DNA of 64,000 bases from Lama guanicoe (lineage: Eukaryota). The notes under the pieces are model-generated. The model did not search any database. It was given only the letters and a program-made list of their open reading frames with translations, and was not told the origin of the DNA. Positions 1-16,249 of the stretch are shown piece after piece. Location of the stretch: positions 17,364,029 to 17,428,028 of the forward strand of contig MU054323.1 of NCBI GenBank assembly GCA_013239625.1. Reading direction: 5' to 3'. Both the position numbers and the translations under genes were made by a program. Position 1 is the stretch's first letter; each line of letters starts with the position of its first letter.

Positions 1-1910
1 TCTTCCCTGGAGGAGCAGGATTTCCGCATTTCTCATCCTGCCCCCAGATGCCAGCTGCTGAAGCTAAGCCCCAAGTATAGAGTATAGATTCTGCCTAACT
101 CCCACATGGAACAGAGGCTCTACCCTGAGTGGTATACTAACAGCAGTGGGAAGACATCCCTTCTCGATTCCCAAGACAGTGGCTCCACGCCAGGAGAAGC
201 AAGCCAAGAGGACCTCAGGCTACTGTGGGAGGATGTGCACACACACCAAATCTCTCACCACCCTACCAACCACGAGCACTCAGTTCCTAGAAGAGGACTG
301 TCACTCAGAGAGTAGCCTGTCACTATCTCCAGCTCCAGAGTCCAGGCTCAAACAGCTCCTAGTCTGTCATTTGCAACAAAGTGCGGAGAAGTTTTAACCT
401 AAGGAACACCTCAAGAACAGTGAAGGTGATGGTGAAGGGCAATTCAGAAGATTCGTGGATCTAATGAAGATACAGCCTGGACAGAGCGCCAACTAGCTTG
501 CAGGAGAAAATCAGAGAATAAGACAGCTGGAAGGACCCCTCCTGGGGTTAGAACACATAACGGAGACCTCAGAAAACATTCCTTCAGGAGTCACAACTTG
601 ATTGGATTAGTTTGCAGAGCAATTTATGCCACAAGGTAATTGTTGAAAATAACGGAGCCATCAGCTGGCAATTAATGGAACTTAACAACTGAGCTTGGTC
701 AAGGACGGGAAAGAAAGCCCTACCTTCATCACTGCCTTTTTAGGGTGACTGTGGGCATACCCAAATCTCTACCTCCCAGAAGAAGAACATTTCAGTTTAA
801 CATCTCAGTGTCAGGGGTGTGGGAGGAACAGGCTTCACTAAAATAATCCAGCTAATTACTAAACAAATGAACAAGCAGTAACAGGAACAAGCCTTGCGGG
901 TAGGAAGAGCAGTACTTCAAATTGCTACAGTTTATTTTCTAAAATGTGAAGCTTCACTGGGAAAAAAAGCAGGGAACAAGTAACTGCCTGTAAGACAGAT
1001 CAGATGTCAAATTTAACAACAAAAAGATTTCAGAGTAGCTATTATGAATATGTTCACAGAACCAAAGGAAAGGATGATGTAAAAAGTAAAGGGAGGTATG
1101 ATGACAATGTGCATCAATAGAGAGTATCATAAAAGACACAGGAATTAGAAAAGAAACCAAATGGAAACTGGATTTGAAAGGTACAATAATTAAAAAATTT
1201 ACTAGAGGGACCTAACAGTCAATTTGAATTCGCAGAAGTAATAGTTAAACTTGAAGACAGAGGTATTGTTTAAAAAATGAAGGCAAAATATAGACTTTCC
1301 CAGATAAACAACAACTGAGAGTTTGTTGCTAGCGACCCACCATACAAGAAATATTAACCCAAGTTCTTCAGGCTGAAAGCAAGTGACCCCAGATGGTAAT
1401 ATGAATCCACATAAAGAGCAGCAGAAAAGGTAATTATGTGATTAAATGGCTATTTTTTCCCTTACTGCATCTCTTTAATTGATCTAAAAACCAACTGTAT
1501 AAAGTAATATGAAATGAAATGTATTGTCAGGCCTGTAACATAGAAATGTTATTTATGTGAGGCATATTGCTAATAACTACACAAAGAGTGGGTGAAAGCA
1601 AAGCAGTAATGGGCCCAGAAAATGAGGGTAAATGGTAAAACAATAATTATAACAATGCATTGTTAGATCTACATAACATAAGACAATACCCTAAAGAAGG
1701 AGGAACGGGAATAGGGCTATAGAGGAGTAACCTTTCTATATATCATTGGAATTAAGCTGGTATAGATCTGAAGCTAATTCTGGTTAAGATGTATGTGGTA
1801 AACCTAAAAGCAATCACTAAAAAAAAAACCTTTAAAATGCTTCATTAGAAAATTATTCACTGAGTGTAAAAGAAAGGAGAAATAGAGGGACAAAAAAAAG
1901 ACATGATGCA
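1..1910 (+). mobile_element. Old degenerate L1 (L1M-type) 5' region / ORF1 remnant
   Basis: ORF1-like A-rich segments (ggcaaaatatagactttcccagataaacaacaactgagag; aagttcttcaggctgaaag), no intact frame. Boundaries approximate. Confidence 0.7.
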
Positions 1911-1980
1911 GAAATAGCACTGCACTGAAATTTCTAACATAGCTGACTGCTATGAAGTGTAAGAAGGTCAGTAATACTTA

Positions 1981-2127
<147 letters not shown>

Positions 2128-2789
2128 TTAATATTTTTCCCTCTAGTATGACTGTTTTGTTAAGTAAATAAGATAAATTAAAACTAAATTCCCATATAAA
2201 CTTTTCTCTTACACCAAAAAAAAAAGGTTTATGAAAACAAGGTATGAAAAAAATTGTATTTTTGCATCTTTTTCTATAGACTTAAAATTTTTTTGAATGT
2301 ATATACCCTTGGGTTTTTTTTTTTTTCCTTTATAGTAGCATTTTGCTTTGAACAAGGTTGGGATTTCTTCATAGTATCTTTCCCAGCACTTATAAATATT
2401 ATCTAACAAATTAGGGTGACAAAGTAGTTTGGGATCATCCTTTTAAATGATAGCTGTTATAACAGTCAGTCCAATGAGGGTATAGTAATCACTGCAACTT
2501 GTAATTTTTTTTCTTTCTAAAGGAGGGGAAAAATCCTATCTCAAAAAGGTCCTGGGAAAGAGTAAAACAGATTCTAACACTGATTTGGGGGATAGTGATG
2601 ATCTTTGGTGGGAGGAGATCTATCAACTTAGTTCCTTTTTTCATTTAGTTATTAGAAAAATAGCTTGAGATTCTAAGTAGTCCCTGTTTAAAACTAGAAA
2701 CAGACATTTTTTGAGATAGTGGTTATATCAATGTAGAAAAACTAAAAAAGGCTATAAGTGGTCATGACTTAAACTCACAAGGATATTGG

Positions 2790-3012
2790 CAGTAGCTAAC
2801 TCGCTGAGCTCTTCATCTGCACTGGGCAACGTGCTAAGCATTGGAAATATATGGACTATTTTAAACCTCACAACAGTTCCAGGAGTAGGTACTATCATTA
2901 GCCCCATTTTACTCTTGAGGAAACTAAGCAGCAGAGGGACAGAAGTTACACAAGGTTAAAACTGCTCAAGGATACCAAGTAAGCAATTGGTAAAGCCAGG
3001 ATCTGAACTTAT
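2790..3012 (-). mobile_element. MIR SINE
   Basis: Reverse MIR core: cctcacaacag...gtaggtactatcattagccccattttac...gaggaaactaag. Confidence 0.8.
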
Positions 3013-3223
3013 TAGTTCTACCAACTAGGGGTGACTACAAAGAGAAGCTGTAAATCCGGACGATGCAAAGGGGATCAGGGAGTGAAAGAAGAGGAGCCTT
3101 CTATACATCAGGCCTTATTACAAGACACTCATTTATGTCTTATAACAATCCTATATGGCAGAAATCAGCATTTCATTTGAAGAAATTAACTCCTTTGAAA
3201 TGATTTTTTCACCTTGAATATCA

Positions 3224-3472
<249 letters not shown>

Positions 3473-4483
3473 TTACAAATAATATTTATTTGTATTTTAA
3501 TTTTTTAAAAATAGTTTAAAATCAGACAAGTGATATCTGAATATATCTTTGCTATAAAAAGTTCAAAATGATCAAAATTAAAAGATAGAAGTTCCCCTTT
3601 ACCATCTCTCTGTTTCCTATCACAATCTCATTTTTCTTCATGTGGGTAACCACTATTGATACTTTGGTATATATTCTTCCATATCTTTTCTAAATAAAAT
3701 TAGAAAGTAATTTATTTGTAGAAAAATTTCACATCTACTATTCTGAACTTCAGTTCAAAATACTGTTTCATAATTCTTCCCCCCAGAAGATATATCCTCC
3801 ACAAATGAGATTTATAAGGAGAAATCATACATCATCAACTAACATACATAAATACATTAATAACATACACTAATCTAACACTAACATACACTAATCTAAC
3901 TAACATTGCATTTTATAAACCAAACAGTGCCAGAGAACTGATTCCTTCATTTTGTGTGAGTTTTTGATGTGGCCTTGTTTTGTACTATGCATGAAAGTAC
4001 TATTATTTAACCCTTTATTTTCTGATTCTCATTTAGAAAGTTCAGTGGAAACAGGAACAAATTTGTGTAGACCATACTTTGACCTATTCTATACAATCAC
4101 AGAATCTTTAAAACCAGAAGGGAAACTCTGGAGATCATCAGGCCTAGTCTCTTATGTTACTGATGAGGAAACTCAAGTCTAAAAAATCAAAATGATTTTG
4201 CCCAAAGTCATTTATCTGGTGAGCGGCACTGTTTGCGACACAAGTCATTTCTCAGCTCTCAGTTCAGTATGCTCTGCTGCCTCTCTGATATGTTATGCAT
4301 AATAACCAGGAAGTTGATAGACTAAATGAAAATTCATTAGATCAACAGGGTGACTACTGAACAACTTTTAACTTTTTCAGTTGGTTATGCTGGCACTATT
4401 ATAAGTATCGTTTAACCACACTGAGGAGTAGTAACATCAATCGATAATCACCATATTGGTACTTTTATTACATATAAAGATTA

Positions 4484-4660
<177 letters not shown>

Positions 4661-4714
4661 TTATCACAACGAATGTTATAAATGAAAACAGAGTAACTTT
4701 TACCAAATTAAATA

Positions 4715-4913
4715 CAGTTGACTCTTGAATAACGGGGTGTGAACTGCATGGGTATATTTATAATTAGATTTTTTTTTCCATTAAATTTGTACCATACTAC
4801 ACCATACGCAGGTGGTTGAATCTGGGGACACAGAACCACACATTTGGCATGTAGACTTTCTACTGTGCCAAGCATCTGTGCCCCTAACCTCCACATTGTT
4901 CAAGGGTCAACTT
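4715..4913. mobile_element. Tigger2/MER8-like TcMar MITE
   Basis: Terminal inverted repeats cagttgactcttgaataac ... ttgttcaagggtcaactt, flanked by TA at 4713-4714 and 4914-4915. Confidence 0.85.
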
Positions 4914-5105
4914 TAATTTTATACATGGCTTACCACTTTCAAAAGTCTATGTTAGTTAAGACTTATACAGTAATTTCTGATAATTCCTCTTTACTTCACT
5001 CGTTTTACTTGTTACTTCCTCGTTTGGGAAAGATCCTATTTACTTCAACTCTGACACAAAAGTTCAAAAAAGGCTTATTTACCTCAGTTATTTATTTAAT
5101 GCTTA

Positions 5106-5270
<165 letters not shown>

Positions 5271-5954
5271 TCAAATTATACAAATAAAAAACCTTTTTAT
5301 TAGTCAGCACAATCAAGAGACACCATAAAAAAAATTACTGAGGATATACACATCATTGAAAACGTGAGGTTTCTATAATGTAAAGGTTAATGATCTTATT
5401 TTAATTTTTTAAAAAGAAATTAATACTTGCCAATACAGATAAAGCTAACTAGAAACATAATAAAGAATACATGCAAAGTCTAAAAATAGATGTGATTATA
5501 AAGTTAAGGAAATGATGTTCAGTTCTGGCTTCTGTAATTACTCTAAATCAGCCAACAGAAAACTGTTTAAAGATAATTTTTGAGAAGCTGGCTGCTCTTT
5601 GGTTGGATGAAACACTTTTCTTGATTATAGTAGTTGTTCACTCCATTTTTCTCAATATGTAATATATTTGAAAAATTCTGTTTAGAACATTTAAATCATT
5701 AAAATTCGAATTTCCAGAGCCTAAATTCAACATTTTTATATAGCTCTTTAGTTTGACTGATTCTGTAAATTTGAAACTTCACACACTGAGTTTTCAGGTA
5801 AAAAGGATGCTTATTTTCGTATTTAAATAATCACAGTTAACATATTATAAAATAAATGGTCATCTAGGAGATATTTTTTCTTAAAATATTCATTACAATT
5901 TAAAGCTCATTCAATATATTTCCAAGAAACAGATAAAATCTTAACCCAATCTCA

Positions 5955-6107
<153 letters not shown>

Positions 6108-9100
6108 TTATTCAGAATGATTAAAACTATTATTTACATTTTCAAAGAGATTAAATATTTAAAAACTTAATTTTAAAAGTCCCAAAATATTCTGATCACA
6201 TAGAATGCTGTGGACTTTGTAATGAACTGCTAGTTTTAACTACTTCCTAAATTAGTGGCAAAACCACTGATAGCAAATTTCAAGTCAACTTATTTCTTGA
6301 CCTCTGCATTCTGACCAGCTGATCTTAAACTCATTATTGGTCACAGAAGTATAAAGAAATTGGATCTTATGATGTTGTAGATTAAGTTAAATGCAGTTTC
6401 AAAACTGTTTTATTTGTAGGGGGTTTAATTAAAACTGCTATAAGATGCTTATAAATACCTGTAAGTTATTAAAACTATTAAATGTGTGAGAATATGTTGA
6501 TTTGGTTCTATTCACAACTTTTAATTACTTATATTTCTAGTAGACACAGTGAAAGTTCAATCATAAGAGTAGGCATCTTCAACCCCTTCCATGAAAGGAC
6601 CTACTTTTCATTCACATCTCCATGAAGTAAAGCAGGAAGCTGACTGAGTGTGGTCACTTCTCCAGGCCTGCCTATTCCAGTCTCTCCTTGGCAGTATTCT
6701 CCCAAGTTGTGGAGAAAGGCTGCTGTCATCAGCACAAGAGACCTGGGCCGTCATCTGCATAAACGGGGGAGGGGGGGGAGACATCTTCCCATAATGGAAA
6801 AAAACCCACTCACTTCTACAACTCAAATTTCATCAAGGTCTGCATTTAGTTGTAAGTCTTTAAAAAGGAGGGGAGAGTTCATTAACTTTTTTTTTATTGG
6901 GAGTGTCAGTTTCCTATTTTACATCACTATGGGCTGGTAAGCTCTAATTTAATGATAAATTCATTGAGGGTAGCAACTATCTTTATTTTTGTTAGGCTAC
7001 ATACTATGGATTCTTCATAAGAAACATAGTGTCTTTTATTAGCATAGGATTTAGCAAGAATCAGAATTCATTTGTTTGGAAATTTCTATTTAGTCTGATT
7101 CTCTTTGATTAACGCCTAAATTTAGCCTTAAAGTAAAATAATTATATTAACTTCCCCCACCCCCAAAATCAAATTCATGGATTTATCATAAAATATAAAT
7201 CTATTTCCAGCCTATTGGTGTATGTGGTCATCAAGATAATGAGTTGATTTAAGTATCAGACAACCTTGAATTTAAGATTATAATACATTTTTGAGTTAAA
7301 GAAAAATTTACATAATAAAAAATATATTGGTTTTTAATACCCCTCCTCTCTCTTAATTTTATACCTTCTGAGGCTAGAGTGGGTTACTGATAAAAGTAAT
7401 TTAAATAGATACAATCCTTTAGTAATTTCCTTTCTGTTGGTATTTTATTGTTTGTCTTCAGTTACAGAGTTCCTCAAACGTTAAAGACTAATGTCTCATC
7501 CAGAAGAAAAGATTTTAAAACAGAAGGCTGTACAAGATTTTAAAACAGAGATTTATATCGGTTTCATCACAATCCTCCCTTTCAAGAATCTTCTTCCTGT
7601 TCTGCAAATCTATTTGTTAAGGTGAGGCTACTTCAAACATCATGTGTTTAGGAAGCAAAAGTAGTGGCCACTGTAGAGACACTGAGCTGTCACTGTTGGA
7701 GAAGCCAGACCCTTAGTATAGACCCTTAGTACTTAGTCCAAATATCCCTGAGTTGTGTTTCAAATTAAGGATGATCTCTTCCTTTTTAAAAGAAAAGTTC
7801 AGCCTAAAAGTCTAAACTCAATATCTAGATTCACTTCTCAAATGCCACCTAAGTCAGGCTAAAAACTTGTGGGATATCAAAGATAATTTAAGTTGAAAAA
7901 CAATAAAAGCAAGTTTAAGTGAATTAACGAATGCTTTAAGAAAACTGGCTATTTTTAAAAGGCAAAATATTCTAAAACAGTCTCTTCATTTTATACCAAA
8001 ACTTCTGGCCATTTCAGTACTTTAGTAACTGATGACAATGCTGGGAAAGTCATGATGTGCCTCAGTGCCATCAGTCAAAAGGGGATCACATCAACACCTG
8101 GTGACTGTTATGTAATGATTTCAAAGAGCATTCACAAAATCCACTCCATATGATTTCTGTGAAGTGAGCAGGACCGCTCTTGTTTTTTCCCTTTCTACAT
8201 ATGAGAGAAGTAACTAAGTTTCCTAAAGTCACACAGCAGAGCAACAGAGATGAAACCAGAATCTAGATCATGTGATCCCTGATTTATTGCTTTTTTCTAC
8301 CATATCATATAACCTCCCTGGATTAAAGGATCTGTTAAGGTTCCCATAGCTATAAGACCTAATTATAAAGAATGAATCCATGAGTTATCGAATCACGACA
8401 TAAATTTACATAAATGATTTAATCCAGAATGTAGCTAATCTTGGTTAAAGGCACTAAAGTCATTGAAAAATTAGCAGTCTAATTGTGATTCTGTAATTCT
8501 TGTTAAGCCTTCTTCCAGATTTTAGGAAGTAGCAGCTGTACCTTCCTGTACACTGTATTCAGAAGAGGAGTTTCTGAAGCTGGCGGTGAAATAAACACTC
8601 CCACAATCATCACTGTTGTATTAACTTCTAAAGTAACTCAAGTTTAAGTTGTTTTTAGCTTGATTAGAAAGAAAAAACAGCAGAAGCTAAAAATAAACCA
8701 AGGAAATTTGGCTTAAGTTTAAACTCTTTCAAAAAATATCTTAAAGGCTGCATGTATTCCCAGGTTTGTATTAAATTAGGTTCTATTTTTAGTCTAAAGC
8801 AGCAGAAAATTACTAATGAATGCAAAACTTACACTGAGAGGACATATCTGAATTTGAAATTTTACACAAAAAGGGTACATATTCTAGAAGCTATTTTTAA
8901 TTCTATTGATTTCCCCTTTTCAGGGAGAGTAACATATATCATGTCATGCTAACCATTGGGGAGCTTTATCTTTTTGATGATACAAAGGACTAAAATAATT
9001 TGATATTTTAAATACCCACCAATAAGGACAGGTTATATAATTTCGTAGAAAAACAACACCTACTTAATGTTTATCAGACAATGAGGAAAGCTAAGTTTTA

Positions 9101-12100
9101 CACTGCCTCTGTTGGTTGCAGGGTAGCAGTTACCTACCTATATTATAAGATGATGCTTTAGAGAAAGGGAAGGCAAATGCATTAAAAACACAAAAGCCAG
9201 GATGACTTGGTCAGATATTTGTGGAGAAAATGAAAATCGACTATTTAGATATTCCCCTTGTTCTGTTTATTGTGGATGTAATTCCACAAACCTCTTTCTC
9301 AAATATAACCCCTAATAGACTTCAATATGAGCAATGGCAAAAATGTTCTCTGTAGTTTTTCTTCTTCATTTTAGGTAACACTCTTTTCTACCTGACTCTC
9401 AAAGCCCTGCACTAAGATTTCCACCATGTTTACTAGCTGCTCTGCTTTCCTCTGTCTATGCAACCTCTTTATGTGTACAAATACCTGCCAACTCTACCAT
9501 CAAGTCCCTGGTCTAGGGCCAGGTTATTTCAAATATGAGGTGTAGTCACTATTTTCTGCTGGCCTTCTACCTGCCTGCCTTCCTCACTCTAAAACTATTC
9601 TCTGGTAATTTTTTTTTGCACAATTCTCCAAAATCTTAGGAACTCAGGATATATTTATGTTAATGTTTAGAATATATCATACTAGATTTGAGGTGATAAA
9701 TTCCATTCTTTTTTCTTATGTACCTATTTTGATTGACACGAACTTTTTTGGCAAGGTCAATTATATTTATGAAATATTTATTACATAGCAAGTTATTTAT
9801 GTAAAGAATATCCCTCCCCCATCACCACAGTGAAATGCTGTTAATCAGGATGTCTGTTCATGTGATAATTCCCCCTTTAATATAGCCATTTAAAAAGCCA
9901 CAAGAAACAATAAGCTCCTCAACAAGGATTTATAAACAATCACTCTTGAATTCCTTAGAAAAGGAAACAGACGCTATGCTGACGCACAAACACTTTTTTA
10001 ACAAATCAAGAGTTTAAAAATAGAAGAGCACTGCCCTACTGATCAAAAATTGTTCAAAAGATTTTTTTTTAAAGTTAAAACACTCAAACTTAGCTTGTAT
10101 AGGACACAAACTCCACAGAAATCTAATGACGCTTTTGTGGATTTTCTATATGAGAGCATAAAATAGCAGTAAGTACTTTAAAGAAAAATATCAACTGACT
10201 AATGTTTTTTCAATAACATTTTCTTTAAAAGAGAAGCTCACCATGCATGGGAAACACCTTTCGCACACTTCAGTATGAAAAGCTTTTTCCATACAATGTC
10301 AGTTCTGAATTAGTACCCCTACCTCAAAGTCACCTCATTTCTCTAAAGGAGACTATCAAAACCAGATATACCATCTCCAAACATTTCTTCACTCATGTTG
10401 CTTTTAAGTCTCAATTAATTTCTACCACATTATTTCCTGTATCTCTGTAACAGAAGTGAAATTCCTACTCTCCTCTTCTTTATGCATATTGTTTTGTGCT
10501 TTCTTACTGTAGGTAAAAAAGTCTCTAAAAATGATTTTAAAAATTCACCTTGTGTGAGTCAGTGTAACATGATGGAAAACACAGTACTACGGGTCAAGAA
10601 ACCTTGTTCTGCAATTACCAGATGATAGGATTTCTGGTAAATCACATAACCTTCAGGGGCTTGGGTTTTGGTCAATAAAGTCAGGGACTGATCATCAGAG
10701 ATCTACAGCTCTGTTTCAAAAAGTACTGTTAAATTACTTGAGGTATCAAGTTGGCTGAAGCCATAGTGAAGTCTGAATTAAGTAAGGTTAAGCCAGTTTT
10801 CTGGCTTTTTAAGACAATGTCTGACCAACCTATAATCTAAAACATGTTTGTAAGTAGTGCTTATTAGTTACTGAATTTTCTCATGTATTAGAGCCAATGC
10901 TTTTATTATAATTCTATTCAATGTAATAAAAATATGCAAGCTAAATTTTAGCTTTTGTTTCAGTGTAAGCCACAACTTGCACTACATGTTCTTGGATAAA
11001 AATACCTACCAACCAACTGAACCAAAATTAAAAAGAACAAACAGTTCTTAAAACAAATGGTTACCTGATCTATTATCATTACTATGATAATGACTGTATT
11101 ATGATAACAATGATTATTATCATTATCAAGAGTCCATTTGAGCTGGAAAAGACCTTAAAAGTTAACCGCTTTCATGTTTTACAAGTTTATACATGGTCTA
11201 TTAAAAACATTTTATATTGTCAGTAATACATTCACTCATAGACTTTACAGAAGAGCCCAAATTAGCTAACAGTAATTATTTGTGTGTACTGTAAACCTCA
11301 ACTCATGAAAGCTAATTATGGGTTTCAGTTATACTAATAATATTCTTATGACATAAGTTAACATATTCAATTAAGCTTCAAAAGAAGACAGAAAACAAAA
11401 ATGTCAAAAAACTTAGCTACAATACTTCTAAAGCCAACACTGGCTTTTTCTTCTTTAAGAAATTAATGTAAGGGATTTTTTTAAACTTTCACATTTTAAA
11501 CAAGTAAAAAATCTTGTCAATTTAAATTTGAATACACTTAACTTTGCAAAGTTCTATAAATCTAGAAATTTAAGTGTTTTATATTAACTAGAAATAAAAT
11601 CACTTAAAATATTATTCTATTCAAAAGCTAAAAATTAATATCAAAGAGAACAATTATCAAAAGTACTAATAAAACACCATAGCAAAGGTACTGTGTCTAC
11701 AGACTTGACTAGCGTTGTGTATATTAAGGAGAGAAGATTGCCAAGTCTAAAGAAAAACTATCAGCTATGCTTGTTCAGGTTTTGTTTATTTTAAAGTGTC
11801 TGCATTCAAAAAAAGAAACAAAATGAAGCATAGTTCCCCAGAAAAGAAATAACTAGTTCTTCAACTGCTTATTAATAATCATAAGTTCTCTGAAATAAAG
11901 CAAGCAGTTTAATGAAAATTCTATCATTAACAATAGAGTTTTAAAGAAACAATTATGTTAAAAATTTTGAAATTTGAAAATGCTTTCCAAATCAAATCCC
12001 ACTGACTTGTCATAGTAAACACTAGCAAGACTTCTTTAGCACTTGCCACTTGTATTGCTCCACAGGAAAAAAAATTAGTAGTACTTGTCTCACAAAGATA

Positions 12101-14155
12101 AAAATCTGAGAATTAATTTTATTTTAAACAGTTAAGAACTCAAAACAAAGATATTTAAAATAAAATGATTAACAGTTTAGAATGCTTATGCTAAAAAATT
12201 CTATGCATCTTCTAAGACACAAAAATCAGAATAATATGGCAAGAAGAACTTGAACTTTCATAACCTTAAAAATCCCTTAAGAAGTTAGCAATGAAATAAC
12301 TACTTTGCAGCCACAAATTTCAGGTAATTTAATAAAACACTTCTCCAGTTGTATTCTAGATAAAGAAGTTGGTGATCAACTAAATAGGTAGGTCATACTA
12401 ATTACTGAAAATTGTACCGCTCAAAATCAGTTTTGTAACTGTAAAAAATGATGACAGTATAATCTATTACTTTTTCATGTAAAATCCTAGGCAGCTTATT
12501 TAAATTTCCTGTACTTTGATTTGGGGGGGGGGCGGTCAGCAAAATAAATACACTAACTGCAGAAGTTTCTAGGTGAAAAATCACCCAGAATCTTCTTTCA
12601 CTATATTCAACATATTTCAGTTACTGCCTGCTACTACCAAATGGTGTACACTTAACACAAACTGCTTTTAAAATCAGCCTATGGAAAACACTATTATTTT
12701 ACTATGGAAAAGGCTAGCAAAAGAACTACCAACTAGAGGTCAAATAAAAATTAAAAACAAAACAGAACACTGGCTTATCTACCCCAGAGACATGTGGAGA
12801 TAATGAAACAGATTACATTTATAAAGTGTTCTGATATCACTGATAAAAATATTCCAACTTAATTTTACTTTTTTGCAAGGTGGTCCTGATAGTTTCCAGG
12901 CCATATAAGTAATTCTGACTGGACATTTAATAAACTGAACAAATGAACATTATTGAATACCATTCATCTTTATTACAGTGGATTAGTTAATGGATATCTT
13001 TAAAAGTTTAATTTAACTGGTGCCAGAGCAGTTTCCAGAGAGAACTGAGAACCCATTTAAAGAACTTCAAAAACTGGAAAACAAAAAATTCCCCAGAAAT
13101 ACACATCTCCTAGAGATAGAAATATATTTAAGCAAAAAGTCTGCAGATGGAGGTTAACTTACACATTCAACTATTTAATAGCATTTATGTTATTTATGAG
13201 TCACATCTGATTTTATGTCTTTGTAATAAAAGCATTCTTGAAAAATAAGTTTATATTTCTTAAACAGCTTTCATATATAATATTTCATTTATTCTTTCCA
13301 ATGACATTCTAAGGGAGCTGTTGTGATGGTCATTTTTGAGATGAAAACTAAGGTTCTAAGGCCTTAAGAAACTATGATAAAGTGACGGTGTAAATCTAAA
13401 TTCAGTGCTCTTTTCACAGTATTTTACAATTAGCAAACTTCCTACTAAGTCAGGAAGGTGAAGAACATTGAATTATCATTTTTTTTACTTTATCAGGAGA
13501 AAAAAATTACTTAAAAAAAGTGCATCGTTGTGTTTGTTTCTTACCTCTCAAACAGTGTATTTGATTCAGCCTACTTAGAGACAAACATGTCTCAGCCCCC
13601 TAGGAACACCCCTCAAATCCCTAAGTTTATCTCTAAAAACTGCCCTGCTAAGGTGAAACTGTTTTCTAAATATCATCAGTTGTAAAAAGCAAAAAATACT
13701 GAAAACTTAAATGACTCCCACGTTTGCTAAATTTATTAAATTTGGGGAATGGAAATCCATAAAAAGCAACGCTGTGTATATTTGTACTACTAGCACAATT
13801 CTGGTGATGGATATATATTAAAATTTTTATAATCTCAGTAACGGAAAGAGAAGAAAAGGAAAAAGAAGTAATGGAGTAAAAAGATTTTTAGACCCTAATG
13901 ATGATTTATCACTACTTTTAGTCTTGTTTCTGCCACTACCTGGGCACATTTAACCAAGTAACTTCATTTATAACTCTGGCTATAAAGTTAAAAATAATAT
14001 ATGTAAATGTAGTAGAAAAACTGTAAAATTTAAAAGACATATGAAATGGCTGTATTTTTAGTCAAAGGAAAATGAACTCTGATAATGCGGAGTCTTTTGT
14101 TGTTAGTTCGCTTTCTATTTTAGGCACAATGACCTGTGCAGCAAAGAAAAAATCA

Positions 14156-14878
<723 letters not shown>

Positions 14879-15646
14879 TTATTAGTACAGATGACAGGGA
14901 AACTATAATTCATGTAAAGAAAGGCCAGTGCAAAAGTGTATTTTGAAAAGTTCCACTGAGAAGGTTTTCACTAATTCTCCAAATATATCAGTGTTACAAC
15001 ATACAGAATTTTGGAAACTAAAGCAAACACAGTAAGACTTTTTTTAGTGCTCTAAAAAGAACAACTGACTACTAACAAAATTCTGCCCTATAAATTAAGC
15101 TACAGAATGATTATTTCTACTATAGCTACTAAATATTTAGAATGTCAAGTATTAAAAAGTAGCCCAATAGAGTGGGGAAAAAAGTAATTTAAGAGCTTTA
15201 AAAAAAATTATCTAGAAATATTTAAGTGGACAATACCTAAAGCTAACTAACATACATACATTGTAATTAGAAAACTGGAAGCAGTATTATCTGAATTAAT
15301 GCCTTGAGTTATATAATCCCTAAAATAAAGGACACTACTAATTTTACTTTGACAGAATAATGATGTTGACATAAATCTACCCAATACATTTGCTCTATCT
15401 CTCCTTTAGCTTACCAGTTGACTCTCAGGAGGTCTGGTCTGGGAGTATGCAAGGAAAATGCACAAATATGAAAGGTTTTTCAAACAATAACAAATTCTCT
15501 TGGCTTTGATGTCACTTCCTCTGAAAGACCAAGCTTGTCACTAAAACTATTTTCTTCATTGTTTACTTGAGGAGGGAACTGGGATCCCTGAATTTACACA
15601 ATATTCAGGATGAAAAGAAGGACTGTTTAAAAAGTGAAAATATTCA

Positions 15647-15883
<237 letters not shown>

Positions 15884-16249
15884 CTACCACAATAAAAATT
15901 TTAAACATGTCATGAAATATAGTATTCTTTTTAAGTCATTTTCTTTCTTATGTATTACTATCCATATCAAATATAACCAAATTTTCCACTGGGGAAAAAA
16001 AAAAGGAGTAGAAGCACTGTTACAAGATGTTATAGTCTGTGACAGGCAATAATATGCAGTTTCTCAGATGCATTTTACTGAAAAAAATACATAAATTATC
16101 TTTTTAACTATCGTAGGACTTGGCACAGCAGTAGACACACACAGATGAGATTTTTTTTGAGGTATGTAACTTGGTATTAGATTTCTGAATCCAACACTGA
16201 TGTTGTAAAACAATAGGATGCTAAGGAAGATAAATATACCGAGAAGGAT

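Noticed and set aside
106..397. Two overlapping short ORFs at the window start
   Set aside because: They lie in the presumed 5' region of an old L1 and have no recognisable protein similarity.
13539..13548. Strong orphan donor GAG|gtaaga in intron 10
   Set aside because: No convincing acceptor or pyrimidine tract at exon distance upstream.
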